Virus record (IMG/VR): IMGVR_UViG_3300045988_162375
Location: 746-64,745 of that record
DNA length: 64,000 nucleotides
Source of the DNA: a virus
Reading direction: 5' to 3' (one strand)
The stretch's first letter is position 1. The number at the start of each line of letters is the position of its first letter. The translations under genes and the position numbers were made by a program. The notes beneath the pieces are model-generated. The model saw only the letters and a list, made by a program, of their open reading frames with translations, made no database searches and was not told the origin of the DNA. Shown here one piece after another: positions 1-12,205 of the stretch.

Positions 1-170
1 ATCTTCAAATTCTTTCGGAGAACGATCTTTTGTAACTAAAGTATAAGAGTCTCCTAAACTAAAATTCATTTCTAAACCGTCATTTGTAATTTTTCTTAAT
101 GTAAACATAAATGTATATATTTATAAATTATTTTAAACTAGATATGTAACATAGAGTTCTTTTTAGGAGC

Positions 171-2396
171 TCACGCTACATCATTTAGTAATCTTAGTAT
201 AGTAGAATCATCAAGCCTTTCGAAAAGTTCTTCAGGCCCTTTGTAAAGATTCATGTCTATAGCTTTTTCTATGGGTTCAATTTTCTTAGGAATAGTTGGA
301 TTGTTTATATTACTTTTATAGAACTGATTCTCTGTTCTAATTAAATAATCACCTGTATGGTTCTTATTTCTAAGTTCCTGAACCTCTTCTAAGGTATATT
401 CATGATTTGGATCTAAGTTATTATTAAATCTTAATTCCATTAATCTGGAATAAATTTCTGAAGGCTTATCCAAATAATCATCATACATTATTCCTGGTTT
501 TAATCCTCATCTATCAATAATTTCTTTAACTTTGGCAATCTGTTCATAAGGTCTAGATGCATGAGTTCATTCATGAACTTCTGTACTCTTACTATCATCA
601 GAAGTGGTTATAGTTTTCTCTTTATGATTAGTCAGTCCTGTAATTTTGTCTGGGAGTTTTCCTCTTTTAAAAGAGTATTTACTCATAGATGCAGATTGTC
701 TAAAATAAGGATTTTCTATTAATCCAGGTATTGCCAATCATCCTGAATAAACAGAATTATTTTTAAGTTTATCCTTCCTCTGTGAAAGCCAATTATCAAC
801 TCATTTTCGAGTATCTGCCCCATCTTGAGCTTTAATAATTCCTCCATTACGTTCTGATACTACCTCATTTCCAAGAACACCTGCTCCAAGTATCGCAGGG
901 ACTCTTCTAAATAGTTTCAAAATGATATCCTTATTCTCTTTCCAGAAGGTTTCTTTAGCTTGTAAAGCATTAGAGCTTGTAGTTGGATAAAACATGTTAG
1001 CATCCCAACCTATATCAAAGATTTTTCTAGCTTCTGCTTCAGTTAATTCTGTAAAAGAAGATCTAATTCCAGCTTCTGCTTTGTAACTCATAATTTTGGA
1101 ATAGATATCTTTAGCACTATTTTCCTGAGTCATTGCAGATAAGAATTTCTTTGGAAACAATTCTTTCTCTGTATAAGATAATCCTCTTAATCCAAAATCA
1201 TCTTTAGTTCCAACTAATTCTTGAAGAAGCTGCTTTGATGCAGCCTTCTCTCCTGAACGTAAAGGATTTTGTGCTGCAGGATTTATTTCAAGAATTGTTT
1301 CTCCAGTCTTTGCATCTTTAAAGAATGCATAGTCATGTTTTGGATTCCCCAATCTAACTTTAGAAATTTGTTTAGGAACCTCTAATCTTTCAGCTGCGGG
1401 AATACTTCCTTTATGAGCATTTCTTAACCATTTTAAAGCACCATGAAAATATTTAGATAAATCATTTCCATAATGTTTATAAATTAAGTTAACCCCTTCT
1501 TCTGCAGCTTTTACTGTATTTTTAGCAACTTCAGATGTACCCACTACTCCAGGCAGAACAGCTAGTCTGGCCGAATCTTCATCTCCTGTTGCTGAGTAAT
1601 GGAATAAACCGTAAGGAGTAAATCCTGCTATAATATCAGCTGGAGCTGAATTTGCTCAACTACTTGAATTGTATGCAGTAGCAATATTGTCTCATTTCCT
1701 TCTAAGTCAAGATCTATTATCTGGCCTAATTTCTCCAGTCCCTCCTGCTTGAAATTTAAGAATTCCTCCATGCTTAGCAGAGGCTATTATTCTTTTTAAA
1801 GTATCTGCATACCTTGGGTCTGTTGCATAACCTCCTTTGGCCACTCTGTCTGCGAAACCAGCTATGTCTCCAGTAAAAGCCTTATATCTATTGTTATTAA
1901 GTAGAGAAATTTTATATTTTGCATAGTCTTCTAAAGAATCAAAATCTCTAAAACTATCATTAATATAAACATCTTTCCCATTAATAACTTCTCTTGTTCT
2001 TTTTACAGAGCCTTTTCCTTTAATACCTCCAAAATTGAATTTACCAGAAGGCTTAGTTCCTCAGGCAGATTCAAGTCCATCTTGTGCAACTAACGCTTTG
2101 GCATAGGCTGCATTTAAACCCATTTGAGAAAGGATTCTCTCATAAATAGGTAACATAGTAGCCTTAAATTCATTCTTACTTTTAAATGAAGATGAAGTAG
2201 TATTTGCACTAATTGTATATGTAGGTTTTGATTCTTTCTCGGCTCTAGGTTTTTCTTCTGAAGTTTCAATACTATCAATTATAGGGGAGGCAACAGTTTG
2301 AGGTCTTGGTTCTTCCCTTTCTTCAGTGTTGAATCTGGGTAAATAACCTTGGAGCTCATCTGGCTCTCTTGAAATTTTCCTATACCATGTTTTCAT
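171..2396 (-). CDS. Large peptidoglycan hydrolase with glucosaminidase (FlgJ-like) domain, probably virion-associated. A single ~742-codon gene containing ~8 in-frame TGA codons
   Basis: Track ORFs 171-488, 801-1544 and 2061-2396 (all minus) are in the same frame and separated only by TGA codons. Motifs GGYATDPRYADTLKRII and FQAGGTG match the mannosyl-glycoprotein endo-beta-N-acetylglucosaminidase family. Confidence 0.55.
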
Positions 2397-2486
2397 AATT
2401 ACATTATTTGATCGCTACAAATATAGTTATAGTTCTATTTAAAACAAAATAAAAGCAGCCTTTTTATGAAGACTGTTTTTAAGAGG

Positions 2487-3029
2487 CTATGCTTTGAAAA
2501 AATAGATTTTATTTCCCTTAGTATTTCCTATATCAATATGTAATCATGTAATTTCTCCATTATTATCTCATTTTTCTACACGTATAGGATACTTAAGTTT
2601 ATCTTGATTATTTTCGAGGATTTCTCGCATCTCTTTAGCGGTTAATTTAGCTGATATTAAATCAAAAGCTTGTCCTTTATAATGATAACCTGTAGGAGTT
2701 CCTACTCCACATCCAGGTTCTCTATAACCGCTGTAATTTCTAGAGCCTCCTGCAGCTCAATTGTTACATATAAGAGGGGCATTTAGAATTTCTCTAACGT
2801 TCTCCAATGCTTCAAGAGCTTTTGGATCTAGAAATTTTATAGCATCATCTCCATATTGATTATATATTTTAGATGATACTAATTCTTTTACTTGAAAGTA
2901 TTTATTTGCTTGCATAATTTTATACAATAAGTTATGGCTACATCATTCTCTAATTAAAGACGGAATTGGTCTTTTGAATACAATATTGTTAGGATATAAT
3001 TCTTTTAAATATTGAATTATTTTCTTCAT
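2487..3029 (-). CDS. Peptidase M15-family (L-Ala-D-Glu / D-Ala-D-Ala peptidase-like) cell-wall hydrolase, 181 codons with 3 in-frame TGA
   Basis: Minus-strand reading from ATG at 3029 gives MKKIIQYLKELYPNN...; SGYR, HxxGxAxD (HYKGQAFD) and WLHID zinc-ligand motifs; frame passes through 3 TGA; stop TAG. Confidence 0.55.
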
Positions 3030-3266
3030 TTCTTTTCTTGAAAAATGAATTGTTTTATCATATATTTTTAGTTTTTGCTAAGTTAGAAAAAATTTTGGGA
3101 AAATACAAGAAATTGTGTAGGTATTGTGAGGGAGAGGACAGTTATCTTTTTTGGCCCCCTCCCGTTTTGTTTGGAAAATTGAAAATTTTTTTGAGACTAA
3201 TTTTATGGAGTTATATTTATACAAATATCTGGGAATAATCCCAATAACAACAAAACTCTCAAAACA

Positions 3267-3833
3267 ATGGCAAAAATCATTTCATCCGTCAAAATTGACG
3301 AAACGGCGATTTTCTTCACGTCGAACAGACCGACCGAAGGCACTAAAATTCTGTTTCTTTCGACCGAAGCCGCAAACGGCATTCTTACAGGTTACGACAA
3401 AAACGAGGACGGCGCGGCAGTGTACGCAAACGGCATTCGTTGCATCCTTTGCGACGAAGTAGGCTTGCGTCCTTACGTTATCCCCGTCAACGATTTTATG
3501 GCGCAAAGTACGGCGTTAATTAACAACAAATTCACGCCGCAGGACAGCCACACAATCACAAAGCGCATCCGCACTTTTGGCACGCCTGCTTTGCAGGAAC
3601 TCGGCAATGCTTGTGCGGTTGCTGTTGTGGGTGCGACCTATCCCATGAAAGTCAAAAAGTTTACATCTGACGACACGTACAATTGGACGACGTTAGGAGT
3701 AGACGAAACAAAAGACACTTATAAACTGAAAGACGGCGTAATTACTTACGACAAGAAAACAATTACCCTTGAGGAATGCGCCAAATTCTTCGAGGAACAC
3801 CAGAAACGGCAAAACGACAGACTTAACAAATAA
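3267..3833 (+). CDS. hypothetical protein (higher-GC block, no TGA)
   Basis: 188-aa intact ORF; composition (~50% GC) distinct from neighbours; hairpin-terminator-like sequence downstream at ~3985-4020. Confidence 0.45.
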   Translation: MAKIISSVKIDETAIFFTSNRPTEGTKILFLSTEAANGILTGYDKNEDGAAVYANGIRCILCDEVGLRPYVIPVNDFMAQSTALINNKFTPQDSHTITKRIRTFGTPALQELGNACAVAVVGATYPMKVKKFTSDDTYNWTTLGVDETKDTYKLKDGVITYDKKTITLEECAKFFEEHQKRQNDRLNK

Positions 3834-4155
3834 CAATCGAGGGAGTGAGAAATCACTCCCTTTTAATACCTTTAAGACCATGAAAGACATTATCGACGAA
3901 CTTTTCGAGGATTTTTACGCAAATGCAGAAATTGCAGCGTTGAACGAGTGTGCAAACTCTCAAATCATTCAGTTTTAACCCCACAACAACGAAGAGAGGG
4001 CGTAATGCCCTTTCTTTTTTCTTATGAGGGTATGGAGTTATATTCCTACAAGTCTTTGGGCATCGTGGTATCATAGCCTCATATCATGTATATCCATTTA
4101 AAACAAAGCCCTTTTCCTGCCTAAAGTTGTAAACAATTTAAATTTAAGTTATAAA

Positions 4156-4785
4156 ATGGCAAAAGTACCTGTTCTTAAAATTAAGCAAGAGAACTTCAAT
4201 GGCATCATGGCCAATCAGGAGTTCGCAACGCTCCGCATCCAGAATCAGCTGGGTGATCGTTTCTTCATTCCGAAGCCTGAAATGCTCCTCGTCGTAGGTT
4301 CGTCGATTCCTGCACTCGATCGTGATGGCAACACCATCAAGGACGAGAAGGGCAACGAGACGTATCGTTCGGTAGGTCAGCATTTCCCCGCAGTTCGTAT
4401 CGTCGACGGCAAGCCGACGGAAGTTGTCGAGCTGTATGTCGGTCAGCTCGTGAAGCTGGACATCAACCGCAAGCTGGTCTTCCCTGGCATCCTTTCGGAT
4501 TCTCTCCGTAAGGGTTCGGATGACTTCAAGAAGGCCATCTGCGGGAAGGTTCTGGAGATCACCGAAGAAACCGAATGCGACGATCGCGTCTGGGATGCGA
4601 ACAACGCTCGCTGGATGCGCGATCCCGAGGATGACACGAAGTTCGTGTCGCAGAAGAAGCGTGCCTTCAAGTTCGAACCGAAGGCTTCGGCACTGAACGC
4701 CGCAGATACCGACGAAGCATACAAGATGCTCGAACGGTATATCACCGAGATGTACTCGGAAATCGCTGAGACCGTTGAGAAATAG
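4156..4785 (+). CDS. hypothetical protein (higher-GC block)
   Basis: 209-aa ORF with an AAGTTATAAAATG ribosome-binding context; overlapping minus-strand ORFs are likely GC-frame artefacts. Confidence 0.45.
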   Translation: MAKVPVLKIKQENFNGIMANQEFATLRIQNQLGDRFFIPKPEMLLVVGSSIPALDRDGNTIKDEKGNETYRSVGQHFPAVRIVDGKPTEVVELYVGQLVKLDINRKLVFPGILSDSLRKGSDDFKKAICGKVLEITEETECDDRVWDANNARWMRDPEDDTKFVSQKKRAFKFEPKASALNAADTDEAYKMLERYITEMYSEIAETVEK

Positions 4786-5349
4786 TCTCATCACTCTGAA
4801 AGGTAGATGTGATTGACCGTATGTAATTACTTATTACGGTAAATATCGCATCTACCTTTCAGAGATCCCAATTAAAGCATATACATATTGGGAACTAATT
4901 AAAACAAACATCAAGATTAACGGAGAGTTTTGTTACATATTGCTACGGGCGATGTAAAGCTGGCTATGTTAAAACTCTCCCCTTAATGCAGCTTTAGCGG
5001 TGACAAGCCCGTGTAAATGCAGAGTCAAGGGTTTTGTTGTTATAGGGAGAGGCGTGAGAAACCTCTCCCAAATACTTTTAAAATTATGGATACATTAGCA
5101 CTTATTGGAGCTATTGCAGCGATTATAATCATTGCATACTTACTTCGAGATTTTCTCGACAAACCTTGTAAGTTTTAAGCTTATGAAAGACACAATAAAA
5201 GCAGCTATGAAAGCTGCATTGGCAGATATGGGAGTATCTCAAGATAAATATCAAGCTCTTGAATTTTCTGTAAAAAGTTTACAGGAGATTCGAGAGAATG
5301 ATGTAGTCATTCATAAAGAAACAACAGTAGCAATTAAAATAGTTCAGTA

Positions 5350-5685
5350 ATGAATAAAAATCTGAGAATCCTTAAATGGATTTATACGGAGGGTTTAAAA
5401 GAAAACCCGATGCCATATAAAGAGTTAGCTGAGCATTGTGGAGTATGTTCTGCCACAATTGCTTCTGTGGTTCGTAAGCTTGAGGCATTTGGAATTTTAA
5501 AGATTTCCAATAAAGGTAAAAGAAATGCCAAGTATAAGTGGATTAGCTCTGTGCAGCCGAATGAAAGTTTGGCTATCAGAGTAGGTAGAACTAAACTTAC
5601 TACTATGAATTTTACCGATTTTGAAGATTCTCGGCTTATTCAGGAATTGAAGAGCCGTGGTTATGTGATTTTCAAAGAGGTATAA
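5350..5685 (+). CDS. winged-helix DNA-binding regulator (putative)
   Basis: 111 aa; HTH-like segment ELAEHCGVCSATIASVVRKLEAFGIL; small upstream ORF 5132-5350 may be co-transcribed. Confidence 0.4.
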   Translation: MNKNLRILKWIYTEGLKENPMPYKELAEHCGVCSATIASVVRKLEAFGILKISNKGKRNAKYKWISSVQPNESLAIRVGRTKLTTMNFTDFEDSRLIQELKSRGYVIFKEV

Positions 5686-5708
5686 AGAAATTGAAGAGTA
5701 AGGAGGAA

Positions 5709-6296
5709 TTAATCTTCCTTCTCTTCAACTTCTTGTTCATAAGTAGTTAGTCTTTGATGTTGGATAACATTTTCTTCCAGAGGTTCACTGTTAACTGTTT
5801 CCCAACTTTCTTTTGGAATATCTCCAATTGCATAATCTACTTGAAATCTAAGTAATTTGGATCTATCTGCAAGTTTCCCTTTAAAGAAGAATAGAGGGTT
5901 TAGTTTGTATCTAGATCTACTTACTGCATAGATTAAATGTTTTTTAAGTAAAGCAGATATTGCATTATTGACAGTTCCAAGAGATACATTAATTTCTCCT
6001 GCTCACTTTTCTTTATCTTCCTTAAGAATAGTGATGATGTTTCCTTCATTTGTTGTTCCATTATTCATAGGTACATCTCTTCATATTAATGCCATTATTT
6101 TCATTTGAGTGGCATTATCCAAATTGATGAAAGAACTAATATCATTTAAGTAGACCATAATAAATTCATCATACGTTGAAAGTTTTTTTACTTGACGTAC
6201 TGTTTCTACTACATGAATATTTGTTATTTCACCAGTTGCTTGATCTAGATCATAATGTGTATTTTGATCTTTAATTTCAACTAATCCCATATTCAT
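5709..6296 (-). CDS. RepA_N-like replication initiator / DNA-binding protein, 196 codons with 2 in-frame TGA
   Basis: Track ORF 6081-6296(-) continues in frame through TGA to a TAA at ~5709-5711; residues ...GEINVSLGTVNNAISALLKKHLIYAVSRSRYK... resemble RepA_N wHTH; direct repeats lie immediately 5' of the gene (6297-6480). Confidence 0.4.
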
Positions 6297-6480
6297 TCAT
6301 TTTAATTACTAAACAAAGATAGTAAGATTACTTATATTCACCAAATTTGATGAATATTATTTTCAGAAAAAATTTAAAATTCATCTGAGATGATATTTAT
6401 ATTCATTAATTTTGATGAATTCATTCAGGGAGTGAACATTTTTCATTCAGGGAGTGAATTAAGTATTCGTAGTGAATGAA
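6297..6480. promoter_or_regulatory. Direct-repeat (iteron-like) region upstream of the RepA_N-like gene; candidate origin/operator
   Basis: Tandem TCATTCAGGGAGTGAA x2 (~6423-6460) and TTGATGAAT x2 (~6347, ~6411), AT-rich. Confidence 0.35.
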
Positions 6481-7458
6481 TATTAAAATGGAATTAACCT
6501 CGATTTAGAGGAAATATGAAGCATTTAGGGCTTCCATTTAGATGAGATAAGAAAATTCTCTTCTTATCTTTTCAACAGCATCCAAACTTGAAAATATGTC
6601 AGAGTATTCTGCAATAAATATAACACAATCAGTACTTCCTAGTGACGATAAAAAGTATCCACTTAAAGAGAATTCTACTATAAATTGGAATATGGATATG
6701 TTAATGAGATATTTTGAGGGTGTGAAGAAGATGAAAGGTGCTAGAGGGGACAGTCAAATCCTCCCTTCCTCTCCAGAAACTTTCTCTCTTTCTTAATCTC
6801 AAAATTCATCTCTAATATCCTTCCACATGGTACTTATTCTCAATCCAAATACTAAAGAAGCTACAACTCTCAACCTTTCTGAATTTCAACTCTTTATTGG
6901 AAATCGTCATCTCTCTATAAAAGATCTCTCTGGAGATCTTACCATAGAAAATATTCCAATTAATGAAAATAGGAAATCGAGAAAGCCTCTTCAAGTTTCT
7001 ATTCAGTCATATAAATTACAAATATTCAAATAGCCATGCCTGTAGAAATGATTATTATGTTAGTGGGGCTTGGATTGGGAGGTCATTTTGGCAAAGCCTT
7101 GGAAGATTCTGGTAAAGAGAATTTTACCAAGGATGAAATTCTTTCAATTCATGCATCTTCGATTGCGAAGTTCTGTGAAGATCTCAAAAAGAAACAGCAA
7201 GAAGAGCAGCAGAAAGCCAAGGAAGCAGAGCTTTCGAAATTGGGAATTCTTCCTAAATCTGGAATTTCGTAACAAATAAAATATACGTAAAACATCTACT
7301 ATTAAATAGTAGCCATAATTAATCTACCACAGAGTAGGATCACTTGGTTTAGAATCTCTTAAATGAAAACGCGTAAGTAGTTTTTGAGAAGCTCATAGCA
7401 TCAAGTATGGTTGTGTATTTTTTCTTTTTGAATCTTTTAAGTTTAACAATATCTAAAA

Positions 7459-7719
7459 TTGTACACCATGGAATACAAAGCAATTTCCAAGAAGACGATG
7501 CGATCGAAGGATTTCAAAGCTTTCAAAGCTCTCAAAGCAAAGAAACCTGGTTATCGCATGTACATCGTGACAACGGAAAAGAACACGAGAGACGTACTTT
7601 TCCGAACTCCGCGTGGATTCTTCATGCAGGAAGATGCCTTTCCTGCAATTGAAATCTCTGTAACACAGGCTCAAGCTTTCTTCGATAAGTATGGCATCGG
7701 AGTCGAAACAGGCTGGTAG
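7459..7719 (+). CDS. hypothetical protein (higher-GC)
   Basis: 86-aa ORF; the overlapping opposite-strand ORFs are likely spurious. Confidence 0.35.
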   Translation: MYTMEYKAISKKTMRSKDFKAFKALKAKKPGYRMYIVTTEKNTRDVLFRTPRGFFMQEDAFPAIEISVTQAQAFFDKYGIGVETGW

Positions 7720-7878
7720 ATATGACCAGAGAAGAGCTCAAAGAAAGAGTATCAAAGCTCATTCAAACATTAGAGAACGTTGAGAGATCTCTTCAGTTTA
7801 CAAATATCCCTGTACACGTTCTCATCAACTATATCAAAGAAGAAACAAACATTGACATCACAAAAAACTAAAAAGATC

Positions 7879-8214
7879 ATGGCAAAGAAAGAAATCAAAA
7901 AGCAGACCATCGAAGAAATCCTTGCAGAGCACACTCCGACCTCCGACGCCGTCAAGAGCGCAGTCCAGCGTTACAACGAAGAGAAGAAGAAGAAGCAGGA
8001 ACAGATCATCATCGATACCCTCGGCGCCGTCGACTGTATCGTCTCGGACCTTGTGGACGACCTTCGCAGGATCCGTGCAGAAGAGAAACGAGCTCAGCAG
8101 CGTATCCTCGACGTGACGGCGGCCAAGGAGGCCTATCTAGCAGATCCCGATCAGGAGGTTCTGGCCCAGGGGCTTCGCAAGGCAGGCATCAGCCTGTCCC
8201 GTTATGCAGAGTAA
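7879..8214 (+). CDS. hypothetical coiled-coil protein (higher-GC)
   Basis: Track ORF 7780-8214; a more plausible start is ATG at ~7879 (MAKKEIKKQ...). Confidence 0.4.
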   Translation: MAKKEIKKQTIEEILAEHTPTSDAVKSAVQRYNEEKKKKQEQIIIDTLGAVDCIVSDLVDDLRRIRAEEKRAQQRILDVTAAKEAYLADPDQEVLAQGLRKAGISLSRYAE

Positions 8215-8741
8215 CGGGAACTCGTCTAAGCGAGTCTAAACAGATCTTTAAGCTTAGAGCGTCTCTGGTCTTTATGACCAGAGGGTAGATAGAAGAAATT
8301 TAGATTTATAAAAATTTTAAATTTCTTATAAATTTATTATTATTGTGTTAATATTAACCCACCTAATTATAAATAATATGGAAGAATTTTGAATTCGGAA
8401 ATATAATACTTAAAGGTGGGGCGGAGGATATGGCCAGTTCCCTTGAGACAGTGCCATATTCAAGTATGTTATCTAGTCAATAATGTACTTCAGAGAAGGT
8501 TTTATACGCTCTGTTCCATTGTGCTATCAAGCCTTAACCCGACTTAAACTTAGTCTATGGGACTTTGATCGGTCCCATAGGCTCTTATGTGGTAGTGATT
8601 GCCGCGTTACTTCAATTTTGTTCATAGTGTTATTACTCTCTTCGAAATTGCCACATCTTGCAAGATCTGAGGGTTTGGTTGCAATCCAAGAAGCAGAAGA
8701 AAGAAAATGGTTATAAACTAAGTATTTCAAGCAACAACGTC

Positions 8742-8816
8742 GCTCGGTTCGTCTAGTTGGCCTAGGACGCAGGATTTTCATTCCTGAAATCATGGGTTCA
8801 AATCCCATACCGAGTA
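8742..8816 (+). tRNA. tRNA-Glu(TTC)
   Basis: Cloverleaf with acceptor GCTCGGT/ACCGAGT, Glu-like D arm TCGTCTAGTTGGCCTAGGAC, anticodon loop TTTTCAT, T-loop GGTTCAAATCC. Confidence 0.8.
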
Positions 8817-9235
8817 CAACTTAAACTTAAATAAATGAAATCTTTCCTCATAACGTATCTCTTCTATAACGAAGAAGGTATTCCGATTCAAAGTTCTCTT
8901 CCTGTTCTTGCTAAAGATGAATCTGACGCAAGAAATACTATGAAGTTACTCGCATTTGGGTGTATTGAAATCATATCAATTCAAAGAAATGGATAATGAA
9001 ACTCTCGGAGGTTGCATGGGAGCAATCATCGGAATTGTTGTAATTATCGCTATTGCAGCCTTCTTTATGAGCATTTTCATTTATTTGCTCTGGCCTGTAG
9101 TGATTCCCGCAGTATTTCCCAAACTTGTAGCAGAAGGTTACATTGTAGGTAAACTTTCACCTGCGCTCTCTTTAGGAGTTGCTATACTTTGTGCAAGTCT
9201 CTTTAAGGGAACTAGTTATAAAAATTAAAATTATT

Positions 9236-9309
9236 GGTGGTTTCATCTAATTGCGTTAGGATACCAGAGTCTCAGTCTGGAAATAGAGGTTGGAGTCCTC
9301 TAACCACTA
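9236..9309 (+). tRNA. tRNA-like gene with anticodon loop GTCTCAG (CTC by canonical numbering), G1-U72
   Basis: Acceptor GGTGGTT/AACCACT, anticodon stem CCAGA/TCTGG, T arm AGAGG-TTGGAGT-CCTCT; D arm irregular; overlaps 5' end of track ORF 9290. Confidence 0.4.
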
Positions 9310-9340
9310 CAAATGTTTAACAATATCACAAATTGTACTT

Positions 9341-10069
9341 ATGACAAAAAATCTGTTCTCGAATCGCACTCCTTTTGAGAAGTGTTATCTCGTAGAAAAC
9401 GTAAAACAGCTTTTGTTCATTCCTGGGAATCGTAGTCTTAGAATGGCTCATGTCAAGAGCATTTTCAAAGCCTTCCTTAACGGAGAGTGGATTCCTCCCG
9501 TGTTTGTCACTTCCAAAGGAGAGGTACTGGATGGTCAGCATCGTATCGCAGCATTTCGTATGCTGAAGGAGAAATACCCTGACAGCAAAGCAGCTCTTCC
9601 TGTGATGGTTGTTAATGTAGACGAATCAGCTCTGCTGTCGGCAATCAAGTTTAATTCGGGACATGCCAATTGGGTGATTGAGGACTACATGAGAGCGCAT
9701 CTGGAGAAAGGTATTCATGGGTATGAGCAGCTTCGTGACTTTTTGAAGGCTTACCCTGAATTCGAAATCAAAGCTGCAATCCAGCTTATCAAGGGTAAGC
9801 ACTCTACGAAAGAGTTCAAAGAAGGAGCTCTGAAAATCTCTGATGAAGAGTACATGGAAGCTTCCAAAAAGGCTGCTGCTCTGTGTCTTATCTCAGTGAA
9901 ACTCAACACCAAGGTCGTTTTCCGTCGGGATGTCGTGGTGGCATTCTACCGTGTATGGGATAAAATCCCTAATATCCAGACGTATGTCAAACGACTGAGT
10001 CTCTTCAAAATGCCGCTCACTGAATCCCGTAAAGAATGGGAGAGAGCGTACGAGGACTTACTGCGGTAA
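9341..10069 (+). CDS. ParB-like nuclease domain protein
   Basis: LDGQHRIAAF motif (ParB/Srx fold); start moved to ATG ~9341 because the track start overlaps a tRNA. Confidence 0.5.
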   Translation: MTKNLFSNRTPFEKCYLVENVKQLLFIPGNRSLRMAHVKSIFKAFLNGEWIPPVFVTSKGEVLDGQHRIAAFRMLKEKYPDSKAALPVMVVNVDESALLSAIKFNSGHANWVIEDYMRAHLEKGIHGYEQLRDFLKAYPEFEIKAAIQLIKGKHSTKEFKEGALKISDEEYMEASKKAAALCLISVKLNTKVVFRRDVVVAFYRVWDKIPNIQTYVKRLSLFKMPLTESRKEWERAYEDLLR

Positions 10070-11571
10070 GACCTCTATAAGTCAATAAAGTTTTTACTTT
10101 ATGCCTGCTACGATTTTCGAGCGTGTGATTAAATAGAAATTCCTTTAAGGAATTCTATTATGAACGCAGGTCGGTGATGGTCACTATCTCAGCCTCGCCA
10201 CAACGAAATACGCGCTGTCTGCTGTTGTTTTCTTTTTACATAACTTGAATCAACTGGATTAAACCTTGATTTAGAGAGGGAATTAAAGGCAATCCTTATA
10301 AATAAGCCTGTATTTTACTTCTGCCGTGGTAACGCAGATGAATAAGTGTTTGGTTGATTTAAGGTGAATCGTTTTCTTCGATTGTAGGTTCTTGTCGTAA
10401 GAAGTAACCTACGGGTTGTAGAGTTCGGATTTACCAATCCTTAAACCTATTTAACCAACTCTACAAGCTTTGTAAATTTAGTCACTTTACAAAGTGTAGC
10501 TCTACCTGCTGAGCGAGTCCTCTTACGGAGTTCGAGGAAGGATGCAGGACGACTTGCGCCAAGGTCCGAAGAATGTCTACTTCGTCGACACAGCAAGAGA
10601 TCTTTACTTGAAGGCTCATACTTTCTTTGTTTGTCCAGAGAGTGTAAAGATTTTAATATTTATGTGGCCGATTAATTTATCTATATCTGTAGCCTGGCAA
10701 GCGTTGACAATGCAGATATTTTTTTAATTTGAAAATTATGATTGGAATATATATATTCTGGGGAGTGATGACTATTTTATCCTTTTCACTATGGTTCATT
10801 GCGAGAGCTGCGTGGATTAAGAATACTCCTGATAAAAATAAATGTTTTTGGGTTTGTTTAGTAGGAACAATTCTTATACAATTTTTATTATTTGCAGCAG
10901 TAGAAACCGCAAAACCTAAAACAACTCTTCCAACAGAGAAAGTAAAAGTTACTATTAATAGTAACATTCCTAGAGACTCTATAGAATTAATAGTCAATTC
11001 CAATTATGAAGCACATAGTACTGATCTCCCATAACAGCGAAAATTCTTGGAAAGGTTTTTCAAGTTATAAAGAAGCTTTACAGTATATGGATTATTTAGA
11101 GGAACAGTTTGACGATATTACTGTAGAACTGGCCTATCTTTCTGAATAAGAAATTTAATCAAACAATAAACAGTATGAAGGGTGGAAAACCTGGACTGAA
11201 TGTCCGTCGCAAAGGTGCTCTTGCTCACCTAGAAGCTACGTATGCAGCTTTCAAAAAAGCAGGAAAAGACAAGGAAATCAAAGGGAAGATCATTCCTTTT
11301 GACCATGAACTCGCTCGTATGGAGCGTGAAATGGAAGTACTCAAATCTCGAATCTACAACTAAAGAGAAAACACATGGCAATTATCGGACAAGTACATCG
11401 TATCACTGAGAAACTCAGACTGGAAGCGATGAAAAAGGAAGCACGTCGGACTCGTCATTACATTCAGAAGATCGAGTTCTTCAACCCGAAAACGAAAAAG
11501 AAAGAGATTCGGGAGATCGAACATTTCAAGCCCAAGAAGAAAAAGGAAGAAACCGCAGCGTAAAGCTGTAG

Positions 11572-11644
11572 AGAGCTATAGTATTTATAGGTAAGTACAC
11601 TACTCTGAGGAGTAGAGATAGAGGTTCAAATCCTCTTAGCTCTC
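11572..11644 (+). tRNA. tRNA-like gene with a non-canonical 6-nt anticodon loop (possible pseudogene)
   Basis: Perfect acceptor AGAGCTA/TAGCTCT and T arm AGAGG-TTCAAAT-CCTCT, but anticodon arm CTACT-CTGAGG-AGTAG has a 6-nt loop. Confidence 0.3.
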
Positions 11645-12205
11645 CAAGACTTTTAAAATTTGTATAATGGAAAAAGTGACACAAAATGTACCTGATACAG
11701 GTTGTACAGATCCTGATGAATTCGTGAATGACCCTTGTATCGAAGCCATAGAGGATGAAGAACTTCTTAACATAGAATAATATGTACATAATAACTTTAA
11801 TTTTAGGAATTGTAGGTGTCGTCCTTCTTGCTTTTGCAATCAGGGAAGATGAAGATGATCGAGCCTTCCCGTTGGGAATACTATCAGTAGTCTCTCTGAT
11901 ATGCTCAGTGATGCTCTGGTGCTATACTGACACCAAGCATGAACGAGAACAACCCTTAACAACAATTTCAACTTTTGTTGAGGAGCATTCTCAATATCTC
12001 TCTCCAACTACAGTGAGAACTATAAGTGCAGCACCTATTCGGAAAATACCTGATGGATGTTTCGTATATAATGTTATTCTGGTTGATCAGGATTCTATGT
12101 ATACGTATTCTGCAGTTCTGGACCCTGAGAACATTGAGGTAGTTAATTTTATTCTCGAAGAATCTATTCCTCGACTCGAAAATCATCAAAATAAAAAAAT
12201 AAACA

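Noticed and set aside
4144-4794. Long antisense ORFs inside higher-GC genes (4144-4794(-), 4443-4745(-), 3282-3506(-), 14733-15188(-), 31758-32708(-))
   Set aside because: Typical GC-rich or repeat-driven shadow ORFs opposite stronger, homology-supported forward genes
8527-8808. Track ORFs overlapping tRNA genes, e.g. 8527-8808(-), 9290 start, 20322-20612(-), 21554-21838, 22024 start, 22624-22908, 22915-23121, 25155-25337(-), 32878 start, 45640-45843(-)
   Set aside because: Each overlaps a well-formed tRNA. They are read-through artefacts of stop-poor tRNA sequence, so starts were moved or the ORF dropped
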